A stretch of DNA of 64,000 nt from Candidatus Latescibacterota bacterium (GCA_965222605.1 OZ244960.1:2976001-3040000), one strand, 5' to 3'. Positions 39,869 to 50,341 are shown, numbered from the stretch's first letter. Numbers and translations: made by a program. The notes: generated from the sequence alone by a model not told the origin.

Positions 39869-41311
39869 TCAAGCACCGCTATACGCTCTGGCGAAATAGG
39901 TCTGGAACCCTTCTGGCCCGGGCCAGCCATCGAAAAGACGGCAATTCTCGGGCACCTGACCTTCTGCGCCGTTTTTGAGCCAGTCAATCAGAATGGGATC
40001 AGCACCTCGGCGCTCGAGTTCAGAAAGGCCAGCGGTTTGCAGGTTCTGGACGCGGTCGGGATGTTCCGCCGCCGTATTGTCCAGCGACCCATAAGGCGTG
40101 AGCATACAGTCTTCTAATTCCGGTTGCCATTCCAGGTATCCGTCCTGGTCGAACACAGTGAAAAATCCGCGCTGTTTTGCCCATCCCCGGGCAGTGCCCG
40201 CAAGCGCGAGTTGCCGCATCCCCGCACTGCCTTCCCGAGCTGCGGTGAGAATGTCGTGGCTGTCCAGGTTCCCCGGAATTGGCGCACCCGCCAGATTGGC
40301 GACAGTAGCGAAAAAATCCTGCGGTTGAAAAATCGCTGAACTGCGTCCCCTGTCGCCTTCGGGGGTTTTGATAATGAGCGGGATGTGGATTTCCTGCTCG
40401 TACACAGGCGCGTACTTGCCAAAGTGCCCGCGTTCACCAACATTGGTACCGTGATCGCCAGCGACAATAATAGCGGTATTTTTGCTCAGGCCAGTGGCGT
40501 CAAAGGCTTCGAGAAACCGCCCAAGGCAGTGATCCATCCAGGTGACTTTGGCGGCATAACTCGCTTTGAGGCGAGCTTTGGCTTCATCGGGCAAATTGGG
40601 ATTGTTGCGCCCCCCACCCTGAAAAGCGCGGGGATCAAGCCGCCCATCGTAACCGGGGGTTTTGTCGTATTTCAGCATAAAAGCCGGAGGTACATCCCAC
40701 GGTTCGTGGGGATCGAAACAGTCAATCCACAGGAAGAAATTTTCCCGCCGCGCATTATCCCGTAAGAATTGGGCTGCGGTATTGAACAGCTTGGCGCAAT
40801 TCCAGTCGTCTGTGTTTGTGCGCCCCCGGTTGGTACGGGCATACGTGTAGTTGTGTTTTGTCAGATCCGCGTCTTCTCCCAGAACATCGAATACGGGGTC
40901 TCTGCACCAGTTGCTCGGCCACTGTGCTTCGTCGTCCATCCATGCGCGGTCAACTTCTGCACCGCGAATAAACGTCCAGGTGTGGAACGGATAATCAAAT
41001 GCGTGCCCACCGTTGACGAGATGAGGCGTATCGTGAATGAGTTGTGTCGCGTATCCCGCCTCGCCCAGCACAGAGGGTAGGGAGCGCGTGTCAAAAGGCA
41101 GGGGTTTCCAGGTGTGGAACGGACTGCCGTATTTTCCGGTCATAACATCCGTGCGATAGGGGATGGTGGGAAAACTGGCGGCAAAAGCGCGGTCAAAACA
41201 CCATGATTGTGCGGCTAATCGGTCGAGGTTGGGCGTTTCTATCCAGTCATTTCCATTAGCACCAATATAATCGTAGCGCATCGTATCAATAATAATGAGA
41301 ACAATATTCAT
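39869..41311 (-). CDS. Sulfatase-like hydrolase with Thr in the C/S-x-P-x-R motif
   Basis: NIVLIIIDTMRYD, SFPTIPYRTD, FDPHEPWD, GDHG. Confidence 0.85.
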   Translation of the reverse strand: MNIVLIIIDTMRYDYIGANGNDWIETPNLDRLAAQSWCFDRAFAASFPTIPYRTDVMTGKYGSPFHTWKPLPFDTRSLPSVLGEAGYATQLIHDTPHLVNGGHAFDYPFHTWTFIRGAEVDRAWMDDEAQWPSNWCRDPVFDVLGEDADLTKHNYTYARTNRGRTNTDDWNCAKLFNTAAQFLRDNARRENFFLWIDCFDPHEPWDVPPAFMLKYDKTPGYDGRLDPRAFQGGGRNNPNLPDEAKARLKASYAAKVTWMDHCLGRFLEAFDATGLSKNTAIIVAGDHGTNVGERGHFGKYAPVYEQEIHIPLIIKTPEGDRGRSSAIFQPQDFFATVANLAGAPIPGNLDSHDILTAAREGSAGMRQLALAGTARGWAKQRGFFTVFDQDGYLEWQPELEDCMLTPYGSLDNTAAEHPDRVQNLQTAGLSELERRGADPILIDWLKNGAEGQVPENCRLFDGWPGPEGFQTYFARAYSGA

Positions 41312-41332
41312 GGACACCTCCCCCCGCTATCT

Positions 41333-42109
41333 TCAAGAAATAGCCTGCACCGATGGACGTCTTCCCGCAGATGGCGGCGTTAAGATACGCCGCCGTTGAT
41401 CTGATGGATTGGTATAATCATCCGCATTGTAAAAATTATTGGAATATGCCAGATTGCCCGGAGCGTATTTGTACAAAAATGCTCGGCGTTCATGGCGTGC
41501 CCGCCACGGCATCGTGCCGTGCATCAGTGCTTCTGTAAAAATCAATGCATCGCCTGCTTCCACTTCTGGTTGAACCATATAATCGGGAACGCGTTCAAAA
41601 TCTCTCACTTCGAGTGGCACATTTTGTCCAAAATTGGTCTTATGGCTTCCTGGAATGCAGGTAAAGCCACCATCCCCCGCCTTTGCATCCGCCAAAAAGA
41701 AAGTCACCACACTCAACCCATTCAACATCTCACCTTCCAGATACAGATACTTGCGTTGACTGCCCCTGTGCCCACCGGGCGAGCCGTGCAGGCGGCCACA
41801 AGCAGCCCCCGGTCTCATAAAGATGCAATAGTCGTGATCAAGGCGAAACGTCGGACCGAGCAATTCAATTAAATACGGCAAAATACGCGGGTGATCAATC
41901 AGAGCCTGGGTCTCTGGCGACCACGCAGACACGCGCCCTACTTGTCGGCGACCTTTTCGCCCCTTTGAGTCCTCGTTCGGGTCGTCGTAATCGCGCACGA
42001 ATGTCGCATCAGCGACTTCATTGAGCCGTTTGACTTCCTGGGGCGTCAACACATTTTTAATGATCAAATATCCATCGAGATCAAATATAAACCTTTCTTC
42101 CGGTGTCAT
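41333..42109 (-). CDS. Phytanoyl-CoA dioxygenase family protein
   Basis: FDLDGYL, LHG, GGFTCIPGSHK, AGDALIFTEALMHG. Confidence 0.87.
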   Translation of the reverse strand: MTPEERFIFDLDGYLIIKNVLTPQEVKRLNEVADATFVRDYDDPNEDSKGRKGRRQVGRVSAWSPETQALIDHPRILPYLIELLGPTFRLDHDYCIFMRPGAACGRLHGSPGGHRGSQRKYLYLEGEMLNGLSVVTFFLADAKAGDGGFTCIPGSHKTNFGQNVPLEVRDFERVPDYMVQPEVEAGDALIFTEALMHGTMPWRARHERRAFLYKYAPGNLAYSNNFYNADDYTNPSDQRRRILTPPSAGRRPSVQAIS

Positions 42110-42120
42110 ATCTCCCTCTT

Positions 42121-43266
42121 TTAAATATAATTCGTCGAACCATCGGGCGCTTTGGTACTGCCCCGTTCCCAGTGGACGTATTCGCCAGCTTTGATGACTT
42201 CTTCATTCACTTCCACGCCCAGGCCGGGACGATCTGGTCTCAATTCCAAATATCCATTCACGGGCCAATAGGGTTCATCCAACCAGTTCAGGGCATTGCT
42301 TTCATCGGGCAGGTGATATTCCAAAATTTTGAAATTGGGCGTGGCGGCTGCAAAATGGACATTGACCGCCGTAGCCAATGGTCCCATCGGGTTGTGCGGT
42401 GCCACCGTCACATAATGCGCCTGTGCAATCGCAGCGATTTTTCGCATTTCCAATAACCCACCGCATATACAAATATCCGGCTGAATAATATCCGCGCCAT
42501 CTTTCGACAACAAATCCAAAAACTCAAACTTCGTGTACAGAGATTCACCCGTTGCCAGCGGAACCTGCATTTGAGAACGCAAGCGTCCCCACGCATCGCT
42601 GTTCTCGGGCCTCAGGGGTTCTTCATAAAAGAGCGGATCGTAAGGCGCAAGCGCATTGGCCAGTTGCAATGCGCGAATTGGCTCAAAAATTTTGGCATGT
42701 GGATCAAATGCAAATTCCCAATTGTCATCCGAATGCTTCCGCAATGCCTCAAAATAATCAGCGGCAGCCGCACATACCCGACCCCATCGATCCGCACTGG
42801 GATCCAGGCGAAACGGGCTGGTCTTAAATGCCGTAATACCGTGCGCTTCATTTAGCTTGCGCGCAACACCTGCTGCTTCCTTGCCGTCTTTTCCGCCGAT
42901 ACTCCGATAAACCTGAATGCGATCGCGCACAGCACCGCCCAACAGCATATAAACCGGCAATCCCGCAGCTTTGCCACTGATATCCCACAGCGCGTGGTCC
43001 AGGCCCGACATGGCTGAAAGTCCAACCGCACCCGGCGGAAATCGGAACTGCTGAAACAGCTTGAGCATGATATATTCAATCCGCCGCGGGTCTTCTCCTT
43101 TAATCAGTTCAAAAATATAATCCAGCGTTGGACCAATTGCCAGATCAGGACCGGGGCTATAACACTCTCCCCATCCGTAAATGCCTTCATCGGTTTCGAC
43201 CTTCACCAGTGCACGAGACCGCCGCCCCATGCTCGCCATAAACGTCTTGATTGCTGTGATTTTCAT
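42121..43266 (-). CDS. Mandelate racemase/galactonate dehydratase (DgoD-like)
   Basis: KVETDEGIYGWGE, ALWDISGK, DPH, YEEP, ATGE, QPD, APHNPMGP. Confidence 0.88.
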   Translation of the reverse strand: MKITAIKTFMASMGRRSRALVKVETDEGIYGWGECYSPGPDLAIGPTLDYIFELIKGEDPRRIEYIMLKLFQQFRFPPGAVGLSAMSGLDHALWDISGKAAGLPVYMLLGGAVRDRIQVYRSIGGKDGKEAAGVARKLNEAHGITAFKTSPFRLDPSADRWGRVCAAAADYFEALRKHSDDNWEFAFDPHAKIFEPIRALQLANALAPYDPLFYEEPLRPENSDAWGRLRSQMQVPLATGESLYTKFEFLDLLSKDGADIIQPDICICGGLLEMRKIAAIAQAHYVTVAPHNPMGPLATAVNVHFAAATPNFKILEYHLPDESNALNWLDEPYWPVNGYLELRPDRPGLGVEVNEEVIKAGEYVHWERGSTKAPDGSTNYI

Positions 43267-44139
43267 TTATCCCCCCACTTTGCACGCAACGCGATAAACA
43301 TCCGTTCTCGCTGTAAAAAATAACGTCTTCCGATCTTCACCGCCCCAGTTCAAATTGGCAGCGGGAAGAGGCAGTTTAATTTTCCCAAGAAGATCGCCCT
43401 GGGGATTAAACACCCACACAGCACCCGGTCCCGTACAATAAATATTCCCATTGCGGTCCAGCTTCATGCCATCGGGTGCGCCCTCTTCATCGCCTTTTAG
43501 TTCGGCCAATACCTTGCCATTTGCGAGAGTGCCATCATCCTGTACATCAAATGCGCGAATATGTCCCCGCTGCGTATCATCGACGTACAGGGTTTTTTCA
43601 TCGGCTGTTATCGCCAATCCATTGGGGCGTTCAAAATCATCAATCAAAAGAATGGGTTCTGATTCGCCCGAAGACAAACGATACACCCCCAGGAACGGCA
43701 ATTCCTGTTCTGCTGCCACGCCGTGTCTGTTCGATAGACCATAAGGAGGATCCGTAAAAATAATGTCCCCGTTCTGACATACGATCAGATCGTTGGGCGA
43801 ATTTAGCTTTTTGCCCTGATAAGAATCCACCACCGTCTTCAATTCGCCATCCGCCTCAATGCTCACCCGCCGTCCAGAGTGTTCGCACGAAAGGAGCCGA
43901 CCCTGTCCATCCAATGTCAATCCATTTGAATGATAACTCGGTTGGCGGTATGCGACCACACCTCCTTCTGGCGTCCACTTAAAAATGGTATTTGCCGGAA
44001 TATCCGAAAAAAACAAACAGACTTGTGCCGGGTCCCAGACCGGGCCTTCGGTAAACTGAAACCCATCTGCAACCAATTCGGGTTCTGCCGCAGGATCAAT
44101 CAGATCAGCCATCTCGTCCCGAATAACTTCAATACCCAT
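43267..44139 (-). CDS. SMP-30/gluconolactonase family protein
   Basis: FTEGPVW, LNSPND, FTDPPYG, PNG, PDGMKLD. Confidence 0.92.
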   Translation of the reverse strand: MGIEVIRDEMADLIDPAAEPELVADGFQFTEGPVWDPAQVCLFFSDIPANTIFKWTPEGGVVAYRQPSYHSNGLTLDGQGRLLSCEHSGRRVSIEADGELKTVVDSYQGKKLNSPNDLIVCQNGDIIFTDPPYGLSNRHGVAAEQELPFLGVYRLSSGESEPILLIDDFERPNGLAITADEKTLYVDDTQRGHIRAFDVQDDGTLANGKVLAELKGDEEGAPDGMKLDRNGNIYCTGPGAVWVFNPQGDLLGKIKLPLPAANLNWGGEDRKTLFFTARTDVYRVACKVGG

Positions 44140-44259
44140 TGTGTTAACCTTTCCTGAAGAGTAAAAAAAGCATTGTGAACCGTTTCAACGTCTTATATTA
44201 AAGACAACGGATCAATTTAAGAGCATTTATACACATCGGCAACCGTTAAAGGAGGGTCT

Positions 44260-45492
44260 ATGGAGCGCGTAATCAGCCTGCTGGGTCTGGTGGTCATGAT
44301 AGGTTTGGCCTGGGCTATGAGTGAGCACAAAAAGCAGGTGAACCTTCGCGTGGTATGGGGCGGGCTGTTGTTGCAACTTGTCCTCGCGGTATTCATTTTG
44401 AAAACATCAATAGGTGCTGCCATATTTCAAAGCATCGGAGATTTTTTCACCGCCACATTGGGCTTTGTCGATTCGGGCACAAGTCTGGTATTTGGAGAAG
44501 AATACGTCCATCACTTCTTTGCCTTCAAAGTATTGCCCACCATCATCTTCTTTTCCTCATTGATGTCAATCCTCTATTATCTGGGCATCATTCAAAAAGT
44601 CGTTGAAGCATTTGCCTATGTCATGCAACGCACATTGGGCACGTCGGGATCGGAAACACTCGCAGCAGCAGCCAATATTTTTGTCGGGCAAACCGAAGCA
44701 CCGCTGATGGTGCGTCCTTACATAAGCAGCATGACAAAATCCGAACTCATGGCATTGATGGTCGGTGGCTTTGCGACCATTGCCGGTGGCGTCCTGGTCG
44801 CCTATGCAGGCATGGGCATTGACGCGGGGCATCTCGTAGCCGCGTCGGTCATCTCCGCACCTGCAGCACTGCTCATTTCCAAACTGATGATTCCCGAAAC
44901 CGAGCAATCCGTGACCAGGGGACACGTTGAATTAACTGTGGAAGAAAAACACGCCAATATCGTAGATGCAGCAACCAAAGGCGCTTTAGACGGCATGAAG
45001 CTAACCCTCAACGTCGTCGCAATGCTCATCGCTTTCCTGGGCCTTGTCGCACTATTTGATGCAGCTCTGGGTCTGATTGGTGAGTGGATTGGCGCGCTCT
45101 TTGGATATAACTGGCACTGGTCCCTTGCCGCAGTTTTCGGTTATGTCTTTGCACCGTTCGCTTATCTTCTGGGCATCCCCTGGGCCGATTGCTTTTATGC
45201 TGGTGAATTATTGGGTAAAAAGATGGTGCTCAACGAATTTATCGCCTATGCACAAATGATGGAATGGTCCCAGCCCGATTCAGGCGTGGTCTTGAGCGAG
45301 CGGAGCACCTTGATCCTGACTTACGCATTGTGCGGCTTTGCCAACTTTGGCAGCGTGGGCATTCAAATCGGCGGCATCGGCGGCATTGCCCCAGAACGCC
45401 GTGCAGAATTAGCCCTGCTCGGCATACGCGCCATGATCGGCGGTACTCTTGCAATGATGATGACCGCTTGTATTGCTGGCGTTTTGATTTAA
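44260..45492 (+). CDS. NupC/CNT family nucleoside transporter
   Basis: ANIFVGQTEAP, GFATIAG, NEFIAY, YALCGFAN. Confidence 0.95.
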   Translation: MERVISLLGLVVMIGLAWAMSEHKKQVNLRVVWGGLLLQLVLAVFILKTSIGAAIFQSIGDFFTATLGFVDSGTSLVFGEEYVHHFFAFKVLPTIIFFSSLMSILYYLGIIQKVVEAFAYVMQRTLGTSGSETLAAAANIFVGQTEAPLMVRPYISSMTKSELMALMVGGFATIAGGVLVAYAGMGIDAGHLVAASVISAPAALLISKLMIPETEQSVTRGHVELTVEEKHANIVDAATKGALDGMKLTLNVVAMLIAFLGLVALFDAALGLIGEWIGALFGYNWHWSLAAVFGYVFAPFAYLLGIPWADCFYAGELLGKKMVLNEFIAYAQMMEWSQPDSGVVLSERSTLILTYALCGFANFGSVGIQIGGIGGIAPERRAELALLGIRAMIGGTLAMMMTACIAGVLI

Positions 45493-45527
45493 AAAAAAGA
45501 GCGCGTCAATAAAGACTCGCTCTTTCA
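45492..45527. terminator. Bidirectional terminator
   Basis: AAAAGAGCG...CGCTCTTT between convergent genes. Confidence 0.55.
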
Positions 45528-45554
45528 TTTAACGAACTCAAGTCGCGGCGCTTA

Positions 45555-46847
45555 CTATGCATGAGACCCCTTGACACCAATCGGCCAATTACAGGAGTCC
45601 GTGCGCGCATCTTTCATAAAGTTCTCTATTTTAGCGATCACATCCGGGTGATCCGCTGCAACATCGTTTTCCTCACCAATATCGTTTGCCAAATCGTACA
45701 ACTCAAGCGGTTCGTCGAGCAACCTGTGCGACGGATTGCGCACGGCCTTCCAATTTTTCCAGCGCACAGCCTGTTTGAAGCCCCCGCCAAAACGCTCCCA
45801 GTACAAAAAGCGTTCACCAATATCCTGTGATTCACCTGAAAGCGTCGGCAATATGCTCACGCCATCCATATTATCTGGCGCATCCATGCCGATCGCGTCT
45901 GCAACCGTAGGCATAAAATCGGCATAATACCACATTTGATCGCTCACAGTACCTGCAGAAATACGATCCGGCCAATGCACAATCATCGGCGTACGCAAAC
46001 CCCCTTCATACATCGTACCTTTTTGCCCGCGCAAAGCACCACAACTGCCAAACGGTTCCCACCGGCGTGCGGCTCCATGGTCAGAACCAAAAAACAAAAG
46101 CGTATTGTCCTTTATCCCCAGTTCGCGCAACAAATCCACAATCTGTCCAACCTGTGTATCAATTTTTGTAATCATCGCCGCATAAACTTTCTCATCTTCC
46201 GTCCACGGTTTATCGTCCCAGGCACTCGCATCGGGAATTTCATATCTCCCGTGCGGCAATGTCCACGGCAAATACAAAAAAAACGGGACCTCACTATTGT
46301 TGCGAATGAAGTCACAGGCAAAGTCAAAAATCATATCGTGAGAATAGTCGTCCTGCTGGCCGTCCAGATTTCCACTGAGAATAACCTTCTCCTCATTGTG
46401 CCACAAATAGGGCGGATAATACGAATGCGCGTTGCGCTGGTTGAGATACCCAAACCATTCATCAAATCCTTTGCGCGTGGGAATACCCGTCGTATCCGGT
46501 TCACCCAACCCCCATTTGCCGGTTATGCCAGTGGTATATCCCGCCTCCTTGAGCATCTCGGCAACCGTAAAATCCTCCGGTTCAAACGGCACCCGTTTCT
46601 GATCTCCCACACCGCCCACAATGCCAAAATTGTCGCGCACCCTCGTGTGTCCACTGTGCAAACCCGTCATCAAAACCGAGCGAGATGGCGCACAGATAGA
46701 AGACCCGGTATAACACTGTGTGAACCGCATGGATTCCGCCGCAAGCTGATCCAATCGGGGTGTGGGAATAACCTTTTGCTCATAACAACCCAGATCGCCA
46801 TAGCCAATATCATCACAGAGAATAAAAATAATGTTGGGCAATGACAT
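45555..46847 (-). CDS. Arylsulfatase (Cys-type)
   Basis: PNIIFILCDDIG, CAPSRSVLMTG, GKWGLG. Confidence 0.93.
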   Translation of the reverse strand: MSLPNIIFILCDDIGYGDLGCYEQKVIPTPRLDQLAAESMRFTQCYTGSSICAPSRSVLMTGLHSGHTRVRDNFGIVGGVGDQKRVPFEPEDFTVAEMLKEAGYTTGITGKWGLGEPDTTGIPTRKGFDEWFGYLNQRNAHSYYPPYLWHNEEKVILSGNLDGQQDDYSHDMIFDFACDFIRNNSEVPFFLYLPWTLPHGRYEIPDASAWDDKPWTEDEKVYAAMITKIDTQVGQIVDLLRELGIKDNTLLFFGSDHGAARRWEPFGSCGALRGQKGTMYEGGLRTPMIVHWPDRISAGTVSDQMWYYADFMPTVADAIGMDAPDNMDGVSILPTLSGESQDIGERFLYWERFGGGFKQAVRWKNWKAVRNPSHRLLDEPLELYDLANDIGEENDVAADHPDVIAKIENFMKDARTDSCNWPIGVKGSHA

Positions 46848-46865
46848 AAACTATTTCCCGAAGTC

Positions 46866-48785
46866 TCACTCTTCCACCAACGCCAATTTTTGATCGTAAA
46901 CAGCCCGATCCTTTAACAGACGGACAGCTTCCTGGAACTGCTTATCACCCTTCAGCGTCGCTAAAATTTTGCCGTTGGTACCCCACACGCGATTGGCCAA
47001 TGCCCGTTCAATCTCCAGACGGATATACGGCTCGGCCTTATTATAATCGGCTTTGCGCTCGCGCTCTGCAGCCTGTGACAATTGACTGAGTGCAGTTATC
47101 GTGTCGTCTGTCAATACATCCTTTTCTTTTAGTGATTTTTCGACCTCTTGCACTTGAATTTCTGTATCCGTTTTATAGTCAAAACCCTCGGCATTAGCTG
47201 AATCTGCCATGAAAGTCCAGAATTGATCGACAATATCTTCGGGCAATGTATAGTCTTCAAACCGATTGGGGAATGATTGCGTCGTTGCAAAATCAACCGC
47301 AAAATCAAAAATCGATCCCTTGCGCAATAACGCCATCACCAGCCGCGGCCTGCGCTCTTGTTCAACCACCACATCGGGCTTAATCCCACCGCCGCCATAA
47401 ACTTTGCGCTTGTTCACGCGCGTTGTAAATACCTTTTCGGGATCGATATTTTCAGGCCCATTATGCTCGCTGGAAGCCAAACCCAACAACCCTTCCAATC
47501 GCATTCCAAGTACTTCTTCAGCCAGGTCCTTGTCCAGATCAAATCTTTCCTCGAGTTCCGTAATAACATCTTCGCGCCGTTCAGCCTGACCAATAATGCC
47601 AAAGAGTTCATAAGCCGAGACCTGTGTTGAATTTCCCACTGTAATCTCAATGGGGCCGCCGCGATATCGGCGTTTCTCTGCATTGTGAATGCTGCGCCCG
47701 CTCGGCGTATAATAGGCTGCTGTTGTCAGCTTCAAAGCTTTATCGCCCTGGCGACCCAATTGGCGCACGGTTTGTACAGATCCTTTGCCAAATGTTTGCG
47801 TGCCCACAATCAACCCCCGATCCCAATCCTGAATTGCCCCTGCGACAATTTCTGATGCACTGGCACTGCGCTCGTCAACCAGGATCACGAGTGGAATATC
47901 GGCGGGCAATATGGTGTCGTGTCGCGTTTTGTGACTGCGGCTCTGATCCGAAAGACGACCTCTGGTTGACACGACCAGCCGATTGGATGGCAAAAACTTA
48001 TCGACCACATCAACCGCTGCGTTGAGCAAACCGCCCGGATTGCCGCGCAGATCCAGAATAATCCCCGTGGCACCATTATTGAGCGAGTTGATCAATGCCT
48101 GTTGCAACTCCCCTCCTGTGCGTTCAGTAAATCGAGAAGAACTGAGCCAGGACATGGAAATATAACCGATATCGGGATCGACTTCGCCCGGAATTTGTAC
48201 ACTTGAAATGTCAATGCGCGCCCGAGTAATTGGCTGATCAAATGGTTCCTTCATTCCTGGTCGCTCAATTTTAATGGTCACGCCAGCACCTGGATTACCC
48301 CGCAAAATATTGACAATTTCGCGCAGGTCCTTGTCAAAAGTCGGATCCCCGTCAATGGCGATGATCCGATCTCCCACAACGAGCTTCGAGGTGTCGGCAG
48401 GCGTGTCTTCAATAACATTCATCACAACCGGAGGACCATCATCCTTCCCTCGCTTGCTGATCATAATGCCCAGTCCACCAAATTTGCCCTGTGTTTCTAT
48501 CTGAAGTTGCTTGAGGTCATTGCTATCAAAAAAGGTAGTATAAGGATCCAGATCCCACAACATGCCGGAAATGGCAGCCTTGCTCAAATCCTCTGGCTTC
48601 AGCTCATTGACATACTGGTTGAAGAGCAGGCGGTAGGCTTCGTTAATCTCCTCAAAACCGCGCCCCAATTGCTCATAAGTATCTTCGCCGGTCACCAACC
48701 GGGAATCGAGTACCAGATAAACACCCAAAACACCAATTAAAGTTGTAAAAATGGCGATTCTTCTTCGGAATCTCGCTCCAAACAT
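46866..48785 (-). CDS. S41 family carboxyl-terminal protease (CtpA-like)
   Basis: LDPYT, FGGLG PDZ, DLRGNPGG, SASASEI, TFGKGSVQ, YYTPSGR; GGAGG RBS before ATG 48785. Confidence 0.93.
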   Translation of the reverse strand: MFGARFRRRIAIFTTLIGVLGVYLVLDSRLVTGEDTYEQLGRGFEEINEAYRLLFNQYVNELKPEDLSKAAISGMLWDLDPYTTFFDSNDLKQLQIETQGKFGGLGIMISKRGKDDGPPVVMNVIEDTPADTSKLVVGDRIIAIDGDPTFDKDLREIVNILRGNPGAGVTIKIERPGMKEPFDQPITRARIDISSVQIPGEVDPDIGYISMSWLSSSRFTERTGGELQQALINSLNNGATGIILDLRGNPGGLLNAAVDVVDKFLPSNRLVVSTRGRLSDQSRSHKTRHDTILPADIPLVILVDERSASASEIVAGAIQDWDRGLIVGTQTFGKGSVQTVRQLGRQGDKALKLTTAAYYTPSGRSIHNAEKRRYRGGPIEITVGNSTQVSAYELFGIIGQAERREDVITELEERFDLDKDLAEEVLGMRLEGLLGLASSEHNGPENIDPEKVFTTRVNKRKVYGGGGIKPDVVVEQERRPRLVMALLRKGSIFDFAVDFATTQSFPNRFEDYTLPEDIVDQFWTFMADSANAEGFDYKTDTEIQVQEVEKSLKEKDVLTDDTITALSQLSQAAERERKADYNKAEPYIRLEIERALANRVWGTNGKILATLKGDKQFQEAVRLLKDRAVYDQKLALVEE

Positions 48786-48798
48786 GGGGCGCCTCCAG

Positions 48799-48825
48799 GC
48801 GGTGTACAACTGCGTCAGCAGTTCA
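48799..48825 (+). repeat. 27-bp hairpin mini-element copy 4
   Basis: GCGGTGTACAACTGCGTCAGCAGTTCA. Confidence 0.85.
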
Positions 48826-48872
48826 TTTTTGATAAACGGCAATCAATTAAGGGTTGAAATCATAACGGCTAT

Positions 48873-49499
48873 TTAGTTCTCCAGCATTAGATCGGCAACC
48901 GCCTTCTTAACGTCTTCAAACACATCGCTTATGGGCCGAGAGCCATCAACCCGAAAAATGCGGTCGGGTTCAGATTTGTATGCCTCTTTAAAACCCTGTC
49001 GAACCCTCCGAAAAAATGCTTCATCTTCCGACTCAATGCGATCTCCCCCGGTTCCCCAACCGCGTTTTCGCGCAGTCTGTAAATCAACATCTAACCAGAT
49101 TGTGATATCTGGCATCAAACCACCCGTAGCCACGTTTTGAATCATTCTCAAGTCATCGAGATCTAATCCGCGACCATAGCCCTGATAAGCCAGTGTAGAA
49201 TCGACATAGCGATCTGAAATCACCACTTTGCCGGCATCCAGAGATGGTCGAATCAATTCGTTGACGTGCTGCGCGCGATCCGCTGAAAATAAGAACATCT
49301 CGGCGATTGCATCAATCTCGTCCTGCGATTGCTTTTCGAGTGCAAGACGCCGAATTCCCTGACCGAGGTCTGTATCACCCGGCTCATAAGTAAATACAAC
49401 ATTATACCCACTACCCCGCAGATAATCAAACAGCAACTTGGCCTGGGTGCTTTTTCCGCCTTTATCAGTGCCTTCAAATGAAATAAAAAAACCGGACAT
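48873..49499 (-). CDS. tmk: Thymidylate kinase
   Basis: FISFEGTDKGGKSTQ, ADRAQH, SDRYVDSTLAYQG. Confidence 0.95.
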   Translation of the reverse strand: MSGFFISFEGTDKGGKSTQAKLLFDYLRGSGYNVVFTYEPGDTDLGQGIRRLALEKQSQDEIDAIAEMFLFSADRAQHVNELIRPSLDAGKVVISDRYVDSTLAYQGYGRGLDLDDLRMIQNVATGGLMPDITIWLDVDLQTARKRGWGTGGDRIESEDEAFFRRVRQGFKEAYKSEPDRIFRVDGSRPISDVFEDVKKAVADLMLEN

Positions 49500-49522
49500 T
49501 TGTTCCCAATTTTTCTGCAAAG

Positions 49523-49555
49523 AAAAAAAGAACCCGGCGGTACCTCCGGGTTTTG
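49523..49555 (-). terminator. Intrinsic terminator upstream of tmk
   Basis: Minus strand AACCCGGAGGTACCGCCGGGTT + T-tract. Confidence 0.6.
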
Positions 49556-49580
49556 TCATCCTGTCTTCGACAATTAGGCC

Positions 49581-50174
49581 TTATGATTTTGTCAGCTTGC
49601 GAAAGTGAATGACCCGCTCCATCGCGGTAAAATTTCCCAACAGCGCAATTGCCCAGACCACAACGATCAAACTGATATCCCCAACCAGAGGGACGATCAC
49701 CCCGCCAGCACCAATGGCAATAACGCGCTCGGGACGCTGCATAAACCCAACTTTGCACTCCGCCCCAAGACCCTCAATGCGCGCGCGCACATAACTCACC
49801 ATCAGAGATCCTGCCAGTGCAAAAAAGACCGCCGAGCTTGTCCAGAGATCATCAGCTCGTATAAAACTGATCGCAATGCCAAACCAGATGAAAATTTCGG
49901 AATATCGATCAACAGTGGAATCGAGAAGCGCACCAAATTTGGATTCTGTCTTGCCCTTGCGCGCCACCTGCCCGTCAAGAAAATCAAAAATACCCGCAAC
50001 AAGCACCGTCAACCCGGCCCACATATACAATCCAAAGCCAAAGAGCACGGCGGCACCTATATTGAAAACAAACCCGATCATGGTCAACAAATCGGGAGTA
50101 AAGCGTTTTCCGACGAGATATTCTGTAGAAGGTGCCAAAATCTCGGCGACATCATCTTTAACTTTTTCAATCAC
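49581..50174 (-). CDS. CDP-alcohol phosphatidyltransferase (PIP-synthase-like)
   Basis: DFLDGQVAR...FGALLDSTVDRYSE, SYVRAR.EG, RPER. Confidence 0.92.
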   Translation of the reverse strand: MIEKVKDDVAEILAPSTEYLVGKRFTPDLLTMIGFVFNIGAAVLFGFGLYMWAGLTVLVAGIFDFLDGQVARKGKTESKFGALLDSTVDRYSEIFIWFGIAISFIRADDLWTSSAVFFALAGSLMVSYVRARIEGLGAECKVGFMQRPERVIAIGAGGVIVPLVGDISLIVVVWAIALLGNFTAMERVIHFRKLTKS

Positions 50175-50341
50175 TGTTAAAACCCACGAATAGTGAAGTT
50201 TTTATTTGAATTTTATGACGTTAGCACAAATCCAAATATAGGCCAATTTTGGAGGTGTTGCAAGCGAAATTTCCCTTCAACGCAAGTTGAAAAACCACCC
50301 TAAAATTTCTGCATTTCAGTGGCAGAAAACACAAGATTTAT

